Notes under the pieces: generated by a model
Databases searched by the model: none
Told to the model about the DNA's origin: nothing
What the model saw: only the letters and a program-made list of their open reading frames with translations
Assembly: GCA_002281485.1 (NCBI GenBank)
Contig: NCGF01000020.1
Coordinates: forward strand, 24,862 to 88,861
From: Sphingomonas sp. 28-66-16
GTDB lineage: Bacteria; Pseudomonadota; Alphaproteobacteria; Sphingomonadales; Sphingomonadaceae
DNA length: 64,000 nucleotides
Direction of reading: 5' to 3'
Position numbers and translations under genes: made by a program
Shown here: positions 42,183 through 51,577 of the stretch, piece by piece
Layout of the letters: each line of letters opens with the position of its first letter
Numbering within the stretch: position 1 is the stretch's first letter

Positions 42183-44510
42183 ATGTCCCCTATGTTTCCT
42201 TCGTCCTTCCCCTCGATTCGGCGCACCGCGGCCGGCGTCGTCCTCGCCGCCCTGCTCCCGGGTGTGGCGCCAGCCGAGACGCCCGCTGACTCAGCCGATT
42301 CCGGCGACCGCGACATTCTCGTCGTCGCGCAGCGACAGGGCGAATCGATCGACAATGCACCCGCCACGCGCGCCACCGTCACCGCGGAAACCATCGCCGA
42401 GACGATCAACGCGGTAACGGTGGAAGACACGATCAAATATCTGCCGAGCCTGCTCGTCCGCAAACGCAACATCGGCGATCAGCAGGCGCCGCTGGCGACG
42501 CGCACCTCGGGCCTCGGCTCGAGCGCGCGCAGTCTGATCTATGCCGACGGCGCGCTGCTCTCGACGCTGATCGGCAACAACAACGGCACCGCCAGCCCGC
42601 GCTGGAGCCTCGTCAGCCCCGAGGAGATCGCGCGGATCGACATACTCTACGGCCCGTTTTCGGCGGCCTATGCGGGTAATTCGATCGGTGCGGTCGTCAA
42701 CATCACCACGCGCCTGCCCGACAAGCTCGAAGGGACGCTGACCGCGCTCGCCAATGTCCAGACCTTCGATCAATATAACGACCGCCGGATTCTGCCCGCC
42801 TATCAACTTGCCGGCACGCTTGGCGACCGCTTCGGCCCGCTCGCGCTGTTCGCCAGCGTGACCCACACCCAAAGCGATGCCCAGCCGATCAGCTATGTCA
42901 CCGCGCTCGTTCCCGCCGCCGGCAGCGCGGCGGGCGCGCCAACGACTGGCGGCAATGCCGATCTCAATCGCAGCGGGCTCCCGATCCGCGTGCTCGGCGC
43001 CTCGGGTATTCCGAGCCAGCTGCAGGACATCTTCAAGCTCAAGGCAGCGCTCGACGTGTCGCCGCAGGTGAGGCTCACCTATGTCGGCGGGCTGTTCCGC
43101 AACGCCACCGACGCGACCGCCCAGACCTATCTGACCGGCACCGCCAGCGGCTTGCCGGTCTATTCGGGCAGCCTCAACATCGACGGCAAGGCCTATAACG
43201 TGGCGGCGGGCGCCTTTTCGAACGGGGTCTATCGCTACGACCAGCAACATTGGTCGCACGCGCTGTCAGCGACGGGCAATGGCGACCGGCTCGACTGGCA
43301 GATCATCGGCACGCTGTTCGATTATGCCCGCGACGAGCAACGCACGCCGAGCGTCGCGCTGCCCGCCGGCTTTGCAGGCGGCGCCGGCACGATCACGCGG
43401 CTCGACGGCACCGGCTGGGCGACGGCCGACGCCAAGCTCGCCTGGCGCGCCGATGCGGCGGGCCGCCATGTCCTCAGCGGCGGCGGGCATTGGGACCGCT
43501 ACACGCTCGACAGCAATCGCTATGCCACGACCGACTGGCGGACCGGTGCAACCGGCGCGCTCAACCTCGTGTCGCGCGGCAAGACCCAGACGATCGCGCT
43601 CTGGGCGCAGGACGCCTGGACGATCGCGCCGCCGCTGACATTGACGATCGGCGGGCGCTACGAATGGTGGCGCGCCTATGACGGGGTCAATTTCGCGCTG
43701 GCGCCCGCGCTGTCGGTCGTCCAGCCCGGGCGCCGCGCGAGCGGCTTTTCCCCCAAGGCCTCGCTCGCCTACACGCCGGCGCCCGGCTGGACCGCGCGGC
43801 TGTCGTTCGGGCGCGCGCTGCGTTTTCCGACGGTCGGCGAGCTTTATCAGGCAGTGACGACGGGCACCGTCTTCACGGTGCCCAATCCCGATCTCCGCCC
43901 CGAAGTCGCGCTGTCCGAAGAACTCGCAATCGAGCGACGCACCGCGAAGGGGAGCGTGCGCGTGTCGCTGTTCAACGAATCGATCGAGGATGCGCTGATC
44001 TCGCAATCGGCGCCGCTGCTGCCCGGTTCGGCAACGCTCTACACCTATGTCCAGAATGTCGATCGGACGCGTGCACGCGGCATCGAGATGGCGCTCGAGC
44101 AGCGCGATTTTCTGGTCCGCCGAATCGATCTGTCGGCCAGCGTGACCTATACCGACGCGACGACCCGCCAGGACACCGCCTTTCCGGCGGCGGTCGGCAA
44201 GCTGCTGCCCTCGGTGCCGCGCTGGAAGGTAACGGCAGTCGCGACGTGGCGCCCCGACGACGCGGCCTCGCTCACGGCCGCCGTGCGCTATGCCAGCCGC
44301 AACTATGGCACGCTCGACAACAGCGATTCGGTCGGCAACACCTATCAGGGGTTCGACCGATATGTGCTGGTCGATCTGCGCGCGGCGTTCAAGCTGACCG
44401 ATCATTACCAGTTTGCGCTGGGCATCGATAACGTCAACGACGACCACTATTTCCTGTTCCACCCGTTTCCGCAGCGATCCTTCACCGCGTCGCTGACCTA
44501 TCGGCTCTGA
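42183..44510 (+). CDS. TonB-dependent outer membrane receptor
   Basis: Signal peptide, plug (EDTIKYLPSLLVRKR, RIDILYGPFSA.Y.GN), beta-barrel with C-terminal GIDNVND..YF.FHPFPQRSFTASLTYRL. Confidence 0.92.
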   Translation: MSPMFPSSFPSIRRTAAGVVLAALLPGVAPAETPADSADSGDRDILVVAQRQGESIDNAPATRATVTAETIAETINAVTVEDTIKYLPSLLVRKRNIGDQQAPLATRTSGLGSSARSLIYADGALLSTLIGNNNGTASPRWSLVSPEEIARIDILYGPFSAAYAGNSIGAVVNITTRLPDKLEGTLTALANVQTFDQYNDRRILPAYQLAGTLGDRFGPLALFASVTHTQSDAQPISYVTALVPAAGSAAGAPTTGGNADLNRSGLPIRVLGASGIPSQLQDIFKLKAALDVSPQVRLTYVGGLFRNATDATAQTYLTGTASGLPVYSGSLNIDGKAYNVAAGAFSNGVYRYDQQHWSHALSATGNGDRLDWQIIGTLFDYARDEQRTPSVALPAGFAGGAGTITRLDGTGWATADAKLAWRADAAGRHVLSGGGHWDRYTLDSNRYATTDWRTGATGALNLVSRGKTQTIALWAQDAWTIAPPLTLTIGGRYEWWRAYDGVNFALAPALSVVQPGRRASGFSPKASLAYTPAPGWTARLSFGRALRFPTVGELYQAVTTGTVFTVPNPDLRPEVALSEELAIERRTAKGSVRVSLFNESIEDALISQSAPLLPGSATLYTYVQNVDRTRARGIEMALEQRDFLVRRIDLSASVTYTDATTRQDTAFPAAVGKLLPSVPRWKVTAVATWRPDDAASLTAAVRYASRNYGTLDNSDSVGNTYQGFDRYVLVDLRAAFKLTDHYQFALGIDNVNDDHYFLFHPFPQRSFTASLTYRL

Positions 44511-44528
44511 GAACTGGCGGTAAGAACG

Positions 44529-44558
44529 GGCAGCGCCGTTACGACCGGCGGCGCTGCC
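44529..44558 (+). terminator. Stem-loop after the TBDR
   Basis: GGCAGCGCCGTT/GGCGGCGCTGCC stem; weak U-tract. Confidence 0.45.
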
Positions 44559-44644
44559 GGTTCGAGTTCAGGCGAATCGTGAATTCGCTGGCAACTCGTC
44601 CACCGGGCGCTAGCTTGGCCGCCGAAGTGATAGCGAGGTGGTTG

Positions 44645-46780
44645 ATGAACAGGATTTCGGCAGCACTGCTGATCGGCGCGGTGGCGATTGCCACGTGCGG
44701 CAGCGCCCAGGCGGCGACCGCGAAGCGCCCGCTGACCCACGAGACGCTCTGGATGATGAAACGGGTCGGCGCGCCTGTCGTCAGTCCCGACGGTCAATGG
44801 GTGGTCTATTCGCTGAGCGAACCGTCCTATGAGAAGGATGCCGCCGTCGCCGATCTGTGGATCGTCCCCGCCGATGGCTCGGCCGCACCGCGCCGCCTGA
44901 CCAACACCAAGGCGCCCGAGAGCAGCCCGGCGTGGGCGCCCGACAGCCGTCGCCTCGCCTTTGCGACCAAGCGCGAGGGCGATGACGAGGCGCAGATCTA
45001 TGTGCTCGATCTGGCCGGCGGCGAGGCGAGGCGCGTGACGACCCTGTCGACCGGCGCCGCCAATCCGAAATGGCGCCCCGACGGCCAGGCGATCCTGTTC
45101 GAGAGCAGCAGCTATCCCGGTGCCGCCGACGACGCTGCGAACAAGCGCGCCGCCGCCGAGCGCAAGGCGCGCAAGTTCAACATGCGCGTCTATGACCATT
45201 TCCCGATCCGCTACTGGAACCAGTGGCTCGATGATCGCCGGCCCACCCTTTGGATCCAGCCGCTGGCCGAAGGGGCAGCCGCGCGCGACATCCTTTCGCC
45301 GACGAAGCTCGCCCGGACCGAGGGCTTTGGCGGCAATGCGCAGGGCGACGGCGGGTTTTCGCTCGCGCCGGCATGGAGCCCCGATGGCAAGGAGATCGTC
45401 TTCACCGCGACCACCGAACGCTGGAATGCCGCTTTCGCCCGGGTCAACTTCCATCTCTATCGGATGCCCGCCGAGGGCGGCGAACCGACCCTCGCGACGT
45501 CCGCCCCCGGCGATTACGGCGATGTGAGCTTCACCCCCGATGGCAAGACATTGTTGTTCCAATATGCCCCGGAAACCGATCAGGTCTATGATCTGCCGCG
45601 GCTCAATCATGTGGCCTGGCCCGCCGGCGGCACGGCCAGCCCGCTGACACCCGAATTCGACCGCGAAACGGCCGGCTATGCCGTCACCCCCGATAGCCGT
45701 ACGGTTTACATGATCGTACCCGAAGCCGGGCTCGAAAATCTCTACCGCGTACCACGCGCCGGCGGCGTGCCCGAACTGGTGATCGCCCCCAAGATCGGCG
45801 GCTACACCTCGATCGACATCCCCGCCCACGCCGGCACCACCACGCTGATCGCCAGCTATGGCAGTTCGATCAACCCGGCCGAGATCGTCCGGATCGATCC
45901 TGCCGCCAAGGCACACCGCCCCCTCACCAGCGTCAACGTCGCCGAGGCGGCGGCGATCGACTGGCAGAGCCCCGAGCATTTTTGGTTCACCAGCACCGCC
46001 GGGCGCCGCATCCACAGCATGATCGTCAAGCCGCCCGGCTTCGATCCGGCGCGGAAATATCCGTTGATGGTGCTGATCCACGGCGGCCCGGCATCGAGCA
46101 ACACCGATCAAATCGGCTTGCGCTGGAACTATCACCTGCTCGCGAGCGCAGGCTATGTCGTGCTGCTGACCGACTATACCGGCTCGACCGGCTATGGCGA
46201 AGCCTTTGCCCAGGCGATCAAGCTCGATCCGCTCCGCGGCCCGGCCAATGAGATCGATCAGGCGGTGAACGAGGCGGCAAAGCGCTATGGCTTTATCGAC
46301 GCGACCAACGCCTGCGCCGGTGGCGCGAGCTATGGCGGGCACCTCACCAACTGGATCGAAGCGACCACCACGCGCTACAAATGCCTCGTCAGCCATGCCG
46401 GCGAGGTCGATCTGCAAACCCAATGGGGCACGAGCGATTTCAATTATGGCCGCGAAGTCGCCAGCGGCGGCCCGCCTTGGGGCGATAGCAAGGTGTGGCG
46501 CGACCAGAGCCCGATCACTTACGGGGCGGACTGGAAGACCCCGATGTTGCTGACGGCGGGCGAGCGCGACTTCCGCGTGCCGATGGCCAACACCCTCGAG
46601 ACCTGGTCGACGCTGCAGCGCATGAAGGTGCCCAGCCGACTGCTGATCTTTCCCGATGCGTGGCACTGGATCACCAAGCCCGAGGACAGCCGGCAATTCT
46701 ACCGCGAGGTGCAGGGCTGGCTCGCGCATTATCTGAAAGATGGCCCGGCGCCTGAGGGAGGCCCGACAGACGCGCCCTAG
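44645..46780 (+). CDS. S9 family peptidase (dipeptidyl/acylaminoacyl peptidase)
   Basis: Signal peptide, beta-propeller repeats (SPDG), IHGGP, GASYGG nucleophile, DFRV, FPDAWH. Confidence 0.92.
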   Translation: MNRISAALLIGAVAIATCGSAQAATAKRPLTHETLWMMKRVGAPVVSPDGQWVVYSLSEPSYEKDAAVADLWIVPADGSAAPRRLTNTKAPESSPAWAPDSRRLAFATKREGDDEAQIYVLDLAGGEARRVTTLSTGAANPKWRPDGQAILFESSSYPGAADDAANKRAAAERKARKFNMRVYDHFPIRYWNQWLDDRRPTLWIQPLAEGAAARDILSPTKLARTEGFGGNAQGDGGFSLAPAWSPDGKEIVFTATTERWNAAFARVNFHLYRMPAEGGEPTLATSAPGDYGDVSFTPDGKTLLFQYAPETDQVYDLPRLNHVAWPAGGTASPLTPEFDRETAGYAVTPDSRTVYMIVPEAGLENLYRVPRAGGVPELVIAPKIGGYTSIDIPAHAGTTTLIASYGSSINPAEIVRIDPAAKAHRPLTSVNVAEAAAIDWQSPEHFWFTSTAGRRIHSMIVKPPGFDPARKYPLMVLIHGGPASSNTDQIGLRWNYHLLASAGYVVLLTDYTGSTGYGEAFAQAIKLDPLRGPANEIDQAVNEAAKRYGFIDATNACAGGASYGGHLTNWIEATTTRYKCLVSHAGEVDLQTQWGTSDFNYGREVASGGPPWGDSKVWRDQSPITYGADWKTPMLLTAGERDFRVPMANTLETWSTLQRMKVPSRLLIFPDAWHWITKPEDSRQFYREVQGWLAHYLKDGPAPEGGPTDAP

Positions 46781-46815
46781 GCAGGCGCCGCCCCTTGCGC
46801 GAGGCGGGCTGCCGC

Positions 46816-46844
46816 TTGCCTCTTGCATCCCCTTGCGCTATGGC
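46816..46844 (+). promoter_or_regulatory. Putative sigma70 promoter of rpsA
   Basis: TTGCCT-N17-TATGGC about 205 nt upstream of rpsA, implying a long structured leader. Confidence 0.45.
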
Positions 46845-47050
46845 GCGCCCGTCCGGCGGGCAGGTGCTCGCGGTGGAAGGCGCGGAGGCTTGTCCTCTGG
46901 CGCCCTTTTCGCATTTTGCGTCGAGGTCCCTTCCCCGCTTCCCAGCGCGCCCGGATGCCGCGACCGGCAACCGGCCGCCGCGGCAACATGGCCAAAGACC
47001 GCCGGATTCAACCGGCTGGCCGGAAAACGTGACTAGGATAGTTTAATTTT

Positions 47051-48781
47051 ATGGCCTCTTCGGCAAACCCCACGCGCGATGATTTCGCCGCCCTTCTTGA
47101 AGAAACCCTTGGCGATGCAGACGGCTTTGAGGGCCGCGTCGTAAAGGGCACCGTTACCGGCATCGAAAATGACCTTGCCGTCATCGACGTCGGCCTGAAG
47201 AGCGAAGGCCGCGTGCCGCTGCGCGAATTTGCGATGCCGGGCCAGAAGGCCGATCTGAAGGTCGGCGACGAAGTCGAAGTCTATGTCGACCGGGTCGAGA
47301 ACATCCATGGCGAAGCGATGCTGTCGCGCGACCGCGCCCGCCGCGAAGCCGCCTGGGACACGCTGGAAACCGAATTCGCCAAGACCGCGCGCGTCGAAGG
47401 TGTGATCTTCGGTCGCGTCAAGGGTGGGTTCACCGTCGACCTGAACGGCGCCGTCGCCTTCCTGCCGGGTTCGCAGGTCGACATCCGCCCGGTCCGCGAC
47501 GTCACCCCGCTGATGGATATCCCGCAGCCCTTCCAGATCCTGAAGATGGACCGCAAGCGCGGCAACATCGTCGTGTCGCGTCGTGCGATTCTGGAAGAAA
47601 CCCGCGCCGAGCAGCGTTCGGGCCTAATCCTGTCGCTGGCCGAGGGCCAGGTGATCGACGGCGTCGTCAAGAACATCACCGATTATGGTGCGTTCGTTGA
47701 TCTGGGCGGCATCGACGGCCTGCTCCATGTCACCGACCTTAGCTACAAGCGCGTCGGGCATCCTTCGGAAGTGCTCAACATCGGCGATACCGTGAAGGTG
47801 CAGATCATCCGCATCAACAAGGACACGCAGCGTATCTCGCTCGGCATGAAGCAGCTCGAGAGCGATCCGTGGGACGGCGCGATGGAGAAATACCCGATCG
47901 GCGCGAAGCTGACCGGCCGTGTCACCAACATCACCGAATATGGCGCGTTCGTCGAACTGGAAGCGGGCATCGAGGGCCTCGTCCATGTCAGCGAAATGAG
48001 CTGGACCAAGAAGAACGTCCATCCCGGCAAGATCGTCTCGACCAGCCAGGAAGTCGACGTTATCGTGCTCGAGGTCGATTCCGAAAAGCGCCGCATCTCG
48101 CTTGGCCTCAAGCAGGCGATCAGCAACCCGTGGGAAGCCTTTGCCGAGGCGCACCCGGTCGGCTCGACCGTCGAGGGCGAAGTCAAGAACGCCACCGAAT
48201 TCGGCCTGTTCATCGGCCTCGACAACGATGTCGACGGCATGGTCCACATGTCCGACATCGCTTGGGGCGTGTCGGGCGAGGACGCGCTCAACCTGCATCG
48301 CAAGGGTGAGACCGTTCAGGCGATCGTGCTCGACATCGATGCCGAAAAGGAGCGGATCTCGCTCGGCATGAAGCAGCTCGAGCGCGGTGCCCCCGCCGTT
48401 GGCGGCGGTGCGGCGTCCGATGGCGGCGAAGCGGGGTCGCGGCTTGCCAAGAACGCGATCGTCACCGTCACCGTACTCGAAGTGCGCGACGCGGGCCTCG
48501 AGGTGCAGACCGGCGATGCCGGCGCGACGGGCTTCATCAAGCGGACCGATCTCGGCCGCGACCGCGACGAGCAGCGGCCGGAGCGGTTCCAGGTCGGGCA
48601 GAAGTTCGATGCGATGGTCACCGGCTTCGATCGGTCGAAGAAGCCGACCTTCTCGATCAAGGCGATGCAGATCTCCGAGGAGAAGCAGGCTGTCGCCCAA
48701 TATGGTTCGTCCGACTCGGGCGCATCGCTTGGCGACATTCTCGGCGAAGCGCTCAAGGCCCGCGGCGCCGACAAGAAATAG
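47051..48781 (+). CDS. rpsA: 30S ribosomal protein S1
   Basis: Repeated S1 domains (DVGLKSEG, YGAFVDLG, GLVHVSEMSW); SLGDILG tail. Confidence 0.97.
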   Translation: MASSANPTRDDFAALLEETLGDADGFEGRVVKGTVTGIENDLAVIDVGLKSEGRVPLREFAMPGQKADLKVGDEVEVYVDRVENIHGEAMLSRDRARREAAWDTLETEFAKTARVEGVIFGRVKGGFTVDLNGAVAFLPGSQVDIRPVRDVTPLMDIPQPFQILKMDRKRGNIVVSRRAILEETRAEQRSGLILSLAEGQVIDGVVKNITDYGAFVDLGGIDGLLHVTDLSYKRVGHPSEVLNIGDTVKVQIIRINKDTQRISLGMKQLESDPWDGAMEKYPIGAKLTGRVTNITEYGAFVELEAGIEGLVHVSEMSWTKKNVHPGKIVSTSQEVDVIVLEVDSEKRRISLGLKQAISNPWEAFAEAHPVGSTVEGEVKNATEFGLFIGLDNDVDGMVHMSDIAWGVSGEDALNLHRKGETVQAIVLDIDAEKERISLGMKQLERGAPAVGGGAASDGGEAGSRLAKNAIVTVTVLEVRDAGLEVQTGDAGATGFIKRTDLGRDRDEQRPERFQVGQKFDAMVTGFDRSKKPTFSIKAMQISEEKQAVAQYGSSDSGASLGDILGEALKARGADKK

Positions 48782-48789
48782 GATACCCG

Positions 48790-48825
48790 AAATGGGGATA
48801 TTGCCTCGTGCAATGTCCCCATTTT
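48790..48825 (+). terminator. Hairpin between rpsA and ihfB
   Basis: AAATGGGGATATTGC-ctcgt-GCAATGTCCCCATTT(T). Confidence 0.6.
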
Positions 48826-48946
48826 CCTCAGAATTGTGCGATTGTGTCTTGGACGTTGTGGCTCTTGATCTGAGTTACAGATATGACAGTTTGCGAAGTG
48901 GGGATTTCGTAGGGCGACACCGCCCGGGGTTGGGGAGGCCTAGTTG

Positions 48947-49225
48947 ATGATTCGATCCGAGCTCGTCCAGAAGCTGATCGAGGACAATCCCGGCCTGACG
49001 CCGCGCGACGTTGAGGCGATCGTCACCACGTTCTTCGATCAGATTTCCGCCCGCCTCGCCGAGAATGGCCGGGTCGAGCTGCGCGGTTTCGGGGCTTTCT
49101 CGACCCGCGCGCGCGACGCCCGGATCGGGCGCAATCCGCGCACCGGCGAAATCGTCGAAGTCAGCGCCAAGCGAGTCCCCTATTTCAAGCCTGGCAAGGA
49201 AATGCGCGCGCGCCTCAACGTGTGA
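48947..49225 (+). CDS. ihfB: Integration host factor beta
   Basis: [33 protein letters not shown]; downstream of rpsA. Confidence 0.95.
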   Translation: MIRSELVQKLIEDNPGLTPRDVEAIVTTFFDQISARLAENGRVELRGFGAFSTRARDARIGRNPRTGEIVEVSAKRVPYFKPGKEMRARLNV

Positions 49226-49499
49226 TCGGCGCCATTCTGCGACACGGTGCTTGACGCCCGCCCGGGCATGCGCTTGCAAGGCGGGCGTGGACGGACATGT
49301 CGAGCGGATCGCCGCTGGCTCGAGATCACGTCAGCGTCTGCTGCACCGGCGTCGAGATGATCGACAAGTTATGCGCCCCGCACATCAAAAACATGCTCGA
49401 TGCCGGGGCCATCAACGTGCGGCGGCCGCTCCGAGCCCTGAAATGGGCGGCGAGGACTAGAGCTAAGCTCCGAACCTGGGGACGGATCGCATATCGTCC

Positions 49500-49528
49500 T
49501 TGGCGGGGAATCACTCCCCGACTATAGC
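49500..49528 (+). promoter_or_regulatory. Putative sigma70 promoter of tRNA-Leu
   Basis: TTGGCG-N17-TATAGC 13 nt before the tRNA 5' end. Confidence 0.55.
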
Positions 49529-49541
49529 TCGGTCCGGCTGT

Positions 49542-49853
49542 GCGGGCGTGGCGAAATTGGTAGACGCACCGGACTTAGATGATGACTTGAGTGCTCGTGG
49601 GGAAACCCACGGTGTAGAACTGCTCAAATTCGGGGAACCCTGTAACGTGGCAATCCCGAGCCAAGCCCGGCGGCGATCGCCGCCGGGAAGGTGTAGAGAC
49701 TAGACGGGCAGCACCTACCCCCCGAAGCCGGGGCAGGGTGAAGGGATAGTCCAGACCACAAACGCCCCGTCGGGGCGGCGGCGAAAGCCGTGGCTGGTAT
49801 GAAAATCCGTTGGGCTTAGGCCTGTGGGGGTTCGAGTCCCCCCGCCCGCACCA
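49542..49853 (+). tRNA. tRNA-Leu(UAA), intron-containing (exons 49542-49576 and 49802-49853)
   Basis: Spliced sequence GCGGGCGTGGCGAAATTGGTAGACGCACCGGACTT^AAAATCCGTTGGGCTTAGGCCTGTGGGGGTTCGAGTCCCCCCGCCCGCACCA; 7-bp acceptor stem, long variable arm, UAA anticodon, CCA. Confidence 0.93.
49577..49801 (+). ncRNA. Group I self-splicing intron (IC3-like) in the tRNA-Leu anticodon loop
   Basis: Inserted after U34; terminal G at 49801; IGS GAGU (49589-92) pairs with exon ACUU giving U.G at the splice site; P2 and P9 GAAA tetraloops; P3 CTGCTC/GGGCAG; core AAATTCGGGGAA, GGCAATCCCGAGCCAAGC, GTAGAGACTAGACGG, AAGGGATAGTCC. Confidence 0.92.
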
Positions 49854-49886
49854 GCCAAAAGAGAACGCGTTGGACGGCCAAGCAAA

Positions 49887-50286
49887 ATGACCACCACGCC
49901 GGCGGGCGACAGCGCCCACGCTTCACCCGGCGCTGGCGGACATGCCTTTGACGAGGCCGCGCTAGCGGATTGGATGACCGCCAATATCGACGGGTCCGCC
50001 GGGCCGGTGACCGTTGAGAAATTCAGGGGGGGCAGGGTTCCCGGTGGCGCGGATTGACGGACTGTGCGTCGACGAGACGGTGATCGGATCGTGGTTCTAC
50101 GTCATGGAAATGGTTGAGGGGCAGATATTCTGGGACGCGACCTTCCCAGATGTGCCGCGCGCCGAACGGAGCGCTTATTTCGCGGCGATGAACGCGGCGA
50201 TGGCCCGGCTCGGCACGCGAGCGGGCAAGCGCTTTTCCCAGACTGGTCGAACCCGCACGTGGCGCCGCCGACGAATGTCGGGCTGA
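49887..50286 (+). pseudogene. Degraded aminoglycoside-phosphotransferase-like (ACAD10/11 N-terminal type) gene
   Basis: FDEAALADWM..VEKFRGG in one frame, then GFPVAR..LCVDETVIGSWFYVMEMVEG.IFWD in another; the intervening part and the catalytic C-terminal half are absent. Confidence 0.75.
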
Positions 50287-50588
50287 GTCCGGCTGATCGA
50301 CGCAACGCTCTTTGCGATCTTGTCGGCGAGGGGTGTTCCATCACGGTGTTTCTCGGCCGTTCGCCGGGCTGTCAGCCGATGGCGCGACGCTGACCTGACG
50401 GAAAGTCGACAGACCGGCCCCGTGCCCGTCAGTATCCCGGCAAGCCGCGATAGCCGGCATCGAGCCGGAATGAAGATGATGACGAAACCGACCGCCACCT
50501 TTGGCTCACTCACGGAGGCCTCGCCGCTGCCACGGCGCCGACGATCGGCGCGCATGAAACCCTTGCGGCCAAGCGGCGTTGGAGTTCG

Positions 50589-51404
50589 ATGATGCAGGCG
50601 CCGCTGAAAACTCAATTCCCGAAATCACTGGCCCAAAAATCACCGGCGCTGCGGGCCATTCATCTCCTCCGCGAGCTGTATCTGTTCATCCTCAGCCTGT
50701 ACCCGACGCGCCGCGTCCGGCGGTTGAAGCGCTCGAAGTCGTCGGATCTGCGCGTCGTCGTCATCCCCGGCCTGATGGCCTCCGATCGATCGATGCGGCC
50801 GATGCGGCTCGCACTTCGGGCCGCCGGATTTCGCACCTATCGCTGGTGCCTTGGGCGTAACACGGGCGCGACCCCGGCGCTGCTCGATCAGTTCGACGCG
50901 CGAGTCCGCCGCATCCAGCATGCCGATCCGCGACCCGTCATTCTGGTCGGCTGGAGCCTCGGCGGCCTGATTGCCCGCGAATATGCCAAGCACGCCCCTG
51001 AGCGCGTTGCCGCCGTCGTCACCTTGGGAAGCCCCTTCTCGGGTGATATCAGCGCGATGGTCGTCGCCCGCCTGTACGAATGGGTCGCCGGGCACGCCAT
51101 CTCCGCGCTGCCGATCGCGTGTGCGCTCTCCGAAAAGCCCCCCGTCCCTACCGCCGCGATCTGGTCGCACAATGACGGCGTCGTCGCTCCCTTGTGCGCC
51201 CGCGGCCAGGCACCGGAGGCCGATTGCCAGATCGAGGTTTCCTGCGCGCATCTCGCTTACCCCTGGGATGCTGGTGCGCTGTCTGCGGTGATCGAAGCGA
51301 TCGAGCGTTGTCGCACCGTGGCTGAGCAGTCGATCACGGCGCCTGCGGTCGGTCAGACGCATCGTCTCGCCGTCGACCCTCAGCGCCAGGCGCAGGCTGC
51401 CTGA
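50589..51404 (+). CDS. Alpha/beta hydrolase (esterase/lipase-like)
   Basis: VIPGLM, GWSLGG nucleophile elbow, LGSP, DGVV, catalytic His in CAHL. Confidence 0.8.
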   Translation: MMQAPLKTQFPKSLAQKSPALRAIHLLRELYLFILSLYPTRRVRRLKRSKSSDLRVVVIPGLMASDRSMRPMRLALRAAGFRTYRWCLGRNTGATPALLDQFDARVRRIQHADPRPVILVGWSLGGLIAREYAKHAPERVAAVVTLGSPFSGDISAMVVARLYEWVAGHAISALPIACALSEKPPVPTAAIWSHNDGVVAPLCARGQAPEADCQIEVSCAHLAYPWDAGALSAVIEAIERCRTVAEQSITAPAVGQTHRLAVDPQRQAQAA

Positions 51405-51577
51405 CCCGTCACGAAAAAGCCGGTCGGCCGCGAGCGCGGGCCGCCGTTGGAGATGGCCGCCGCTTCCTCAAGCGACGCCATCTCTGCAATCCACGCAACG
51501 ACATGGTGGCCAGGGCCGTTTGTCGATCACCTGCTCCGCGTTGGCACGGCGATGCCGCCACCGCCTTGGTAGCGACG

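Noticed and set aside
49542-49585. tRNA-Leu(UAG) or tRNA pseudogene call
   Set aside because: The apparent TAG comes from the exon/intron junction; the 3' exon at 49802 restores a complete UAA tRNA
49577-49801. Homing endonuclease inside the intron
   Set aside because: Only 225 nt, all accounted for by ribozyme helices; overlapping ORFs are spurious
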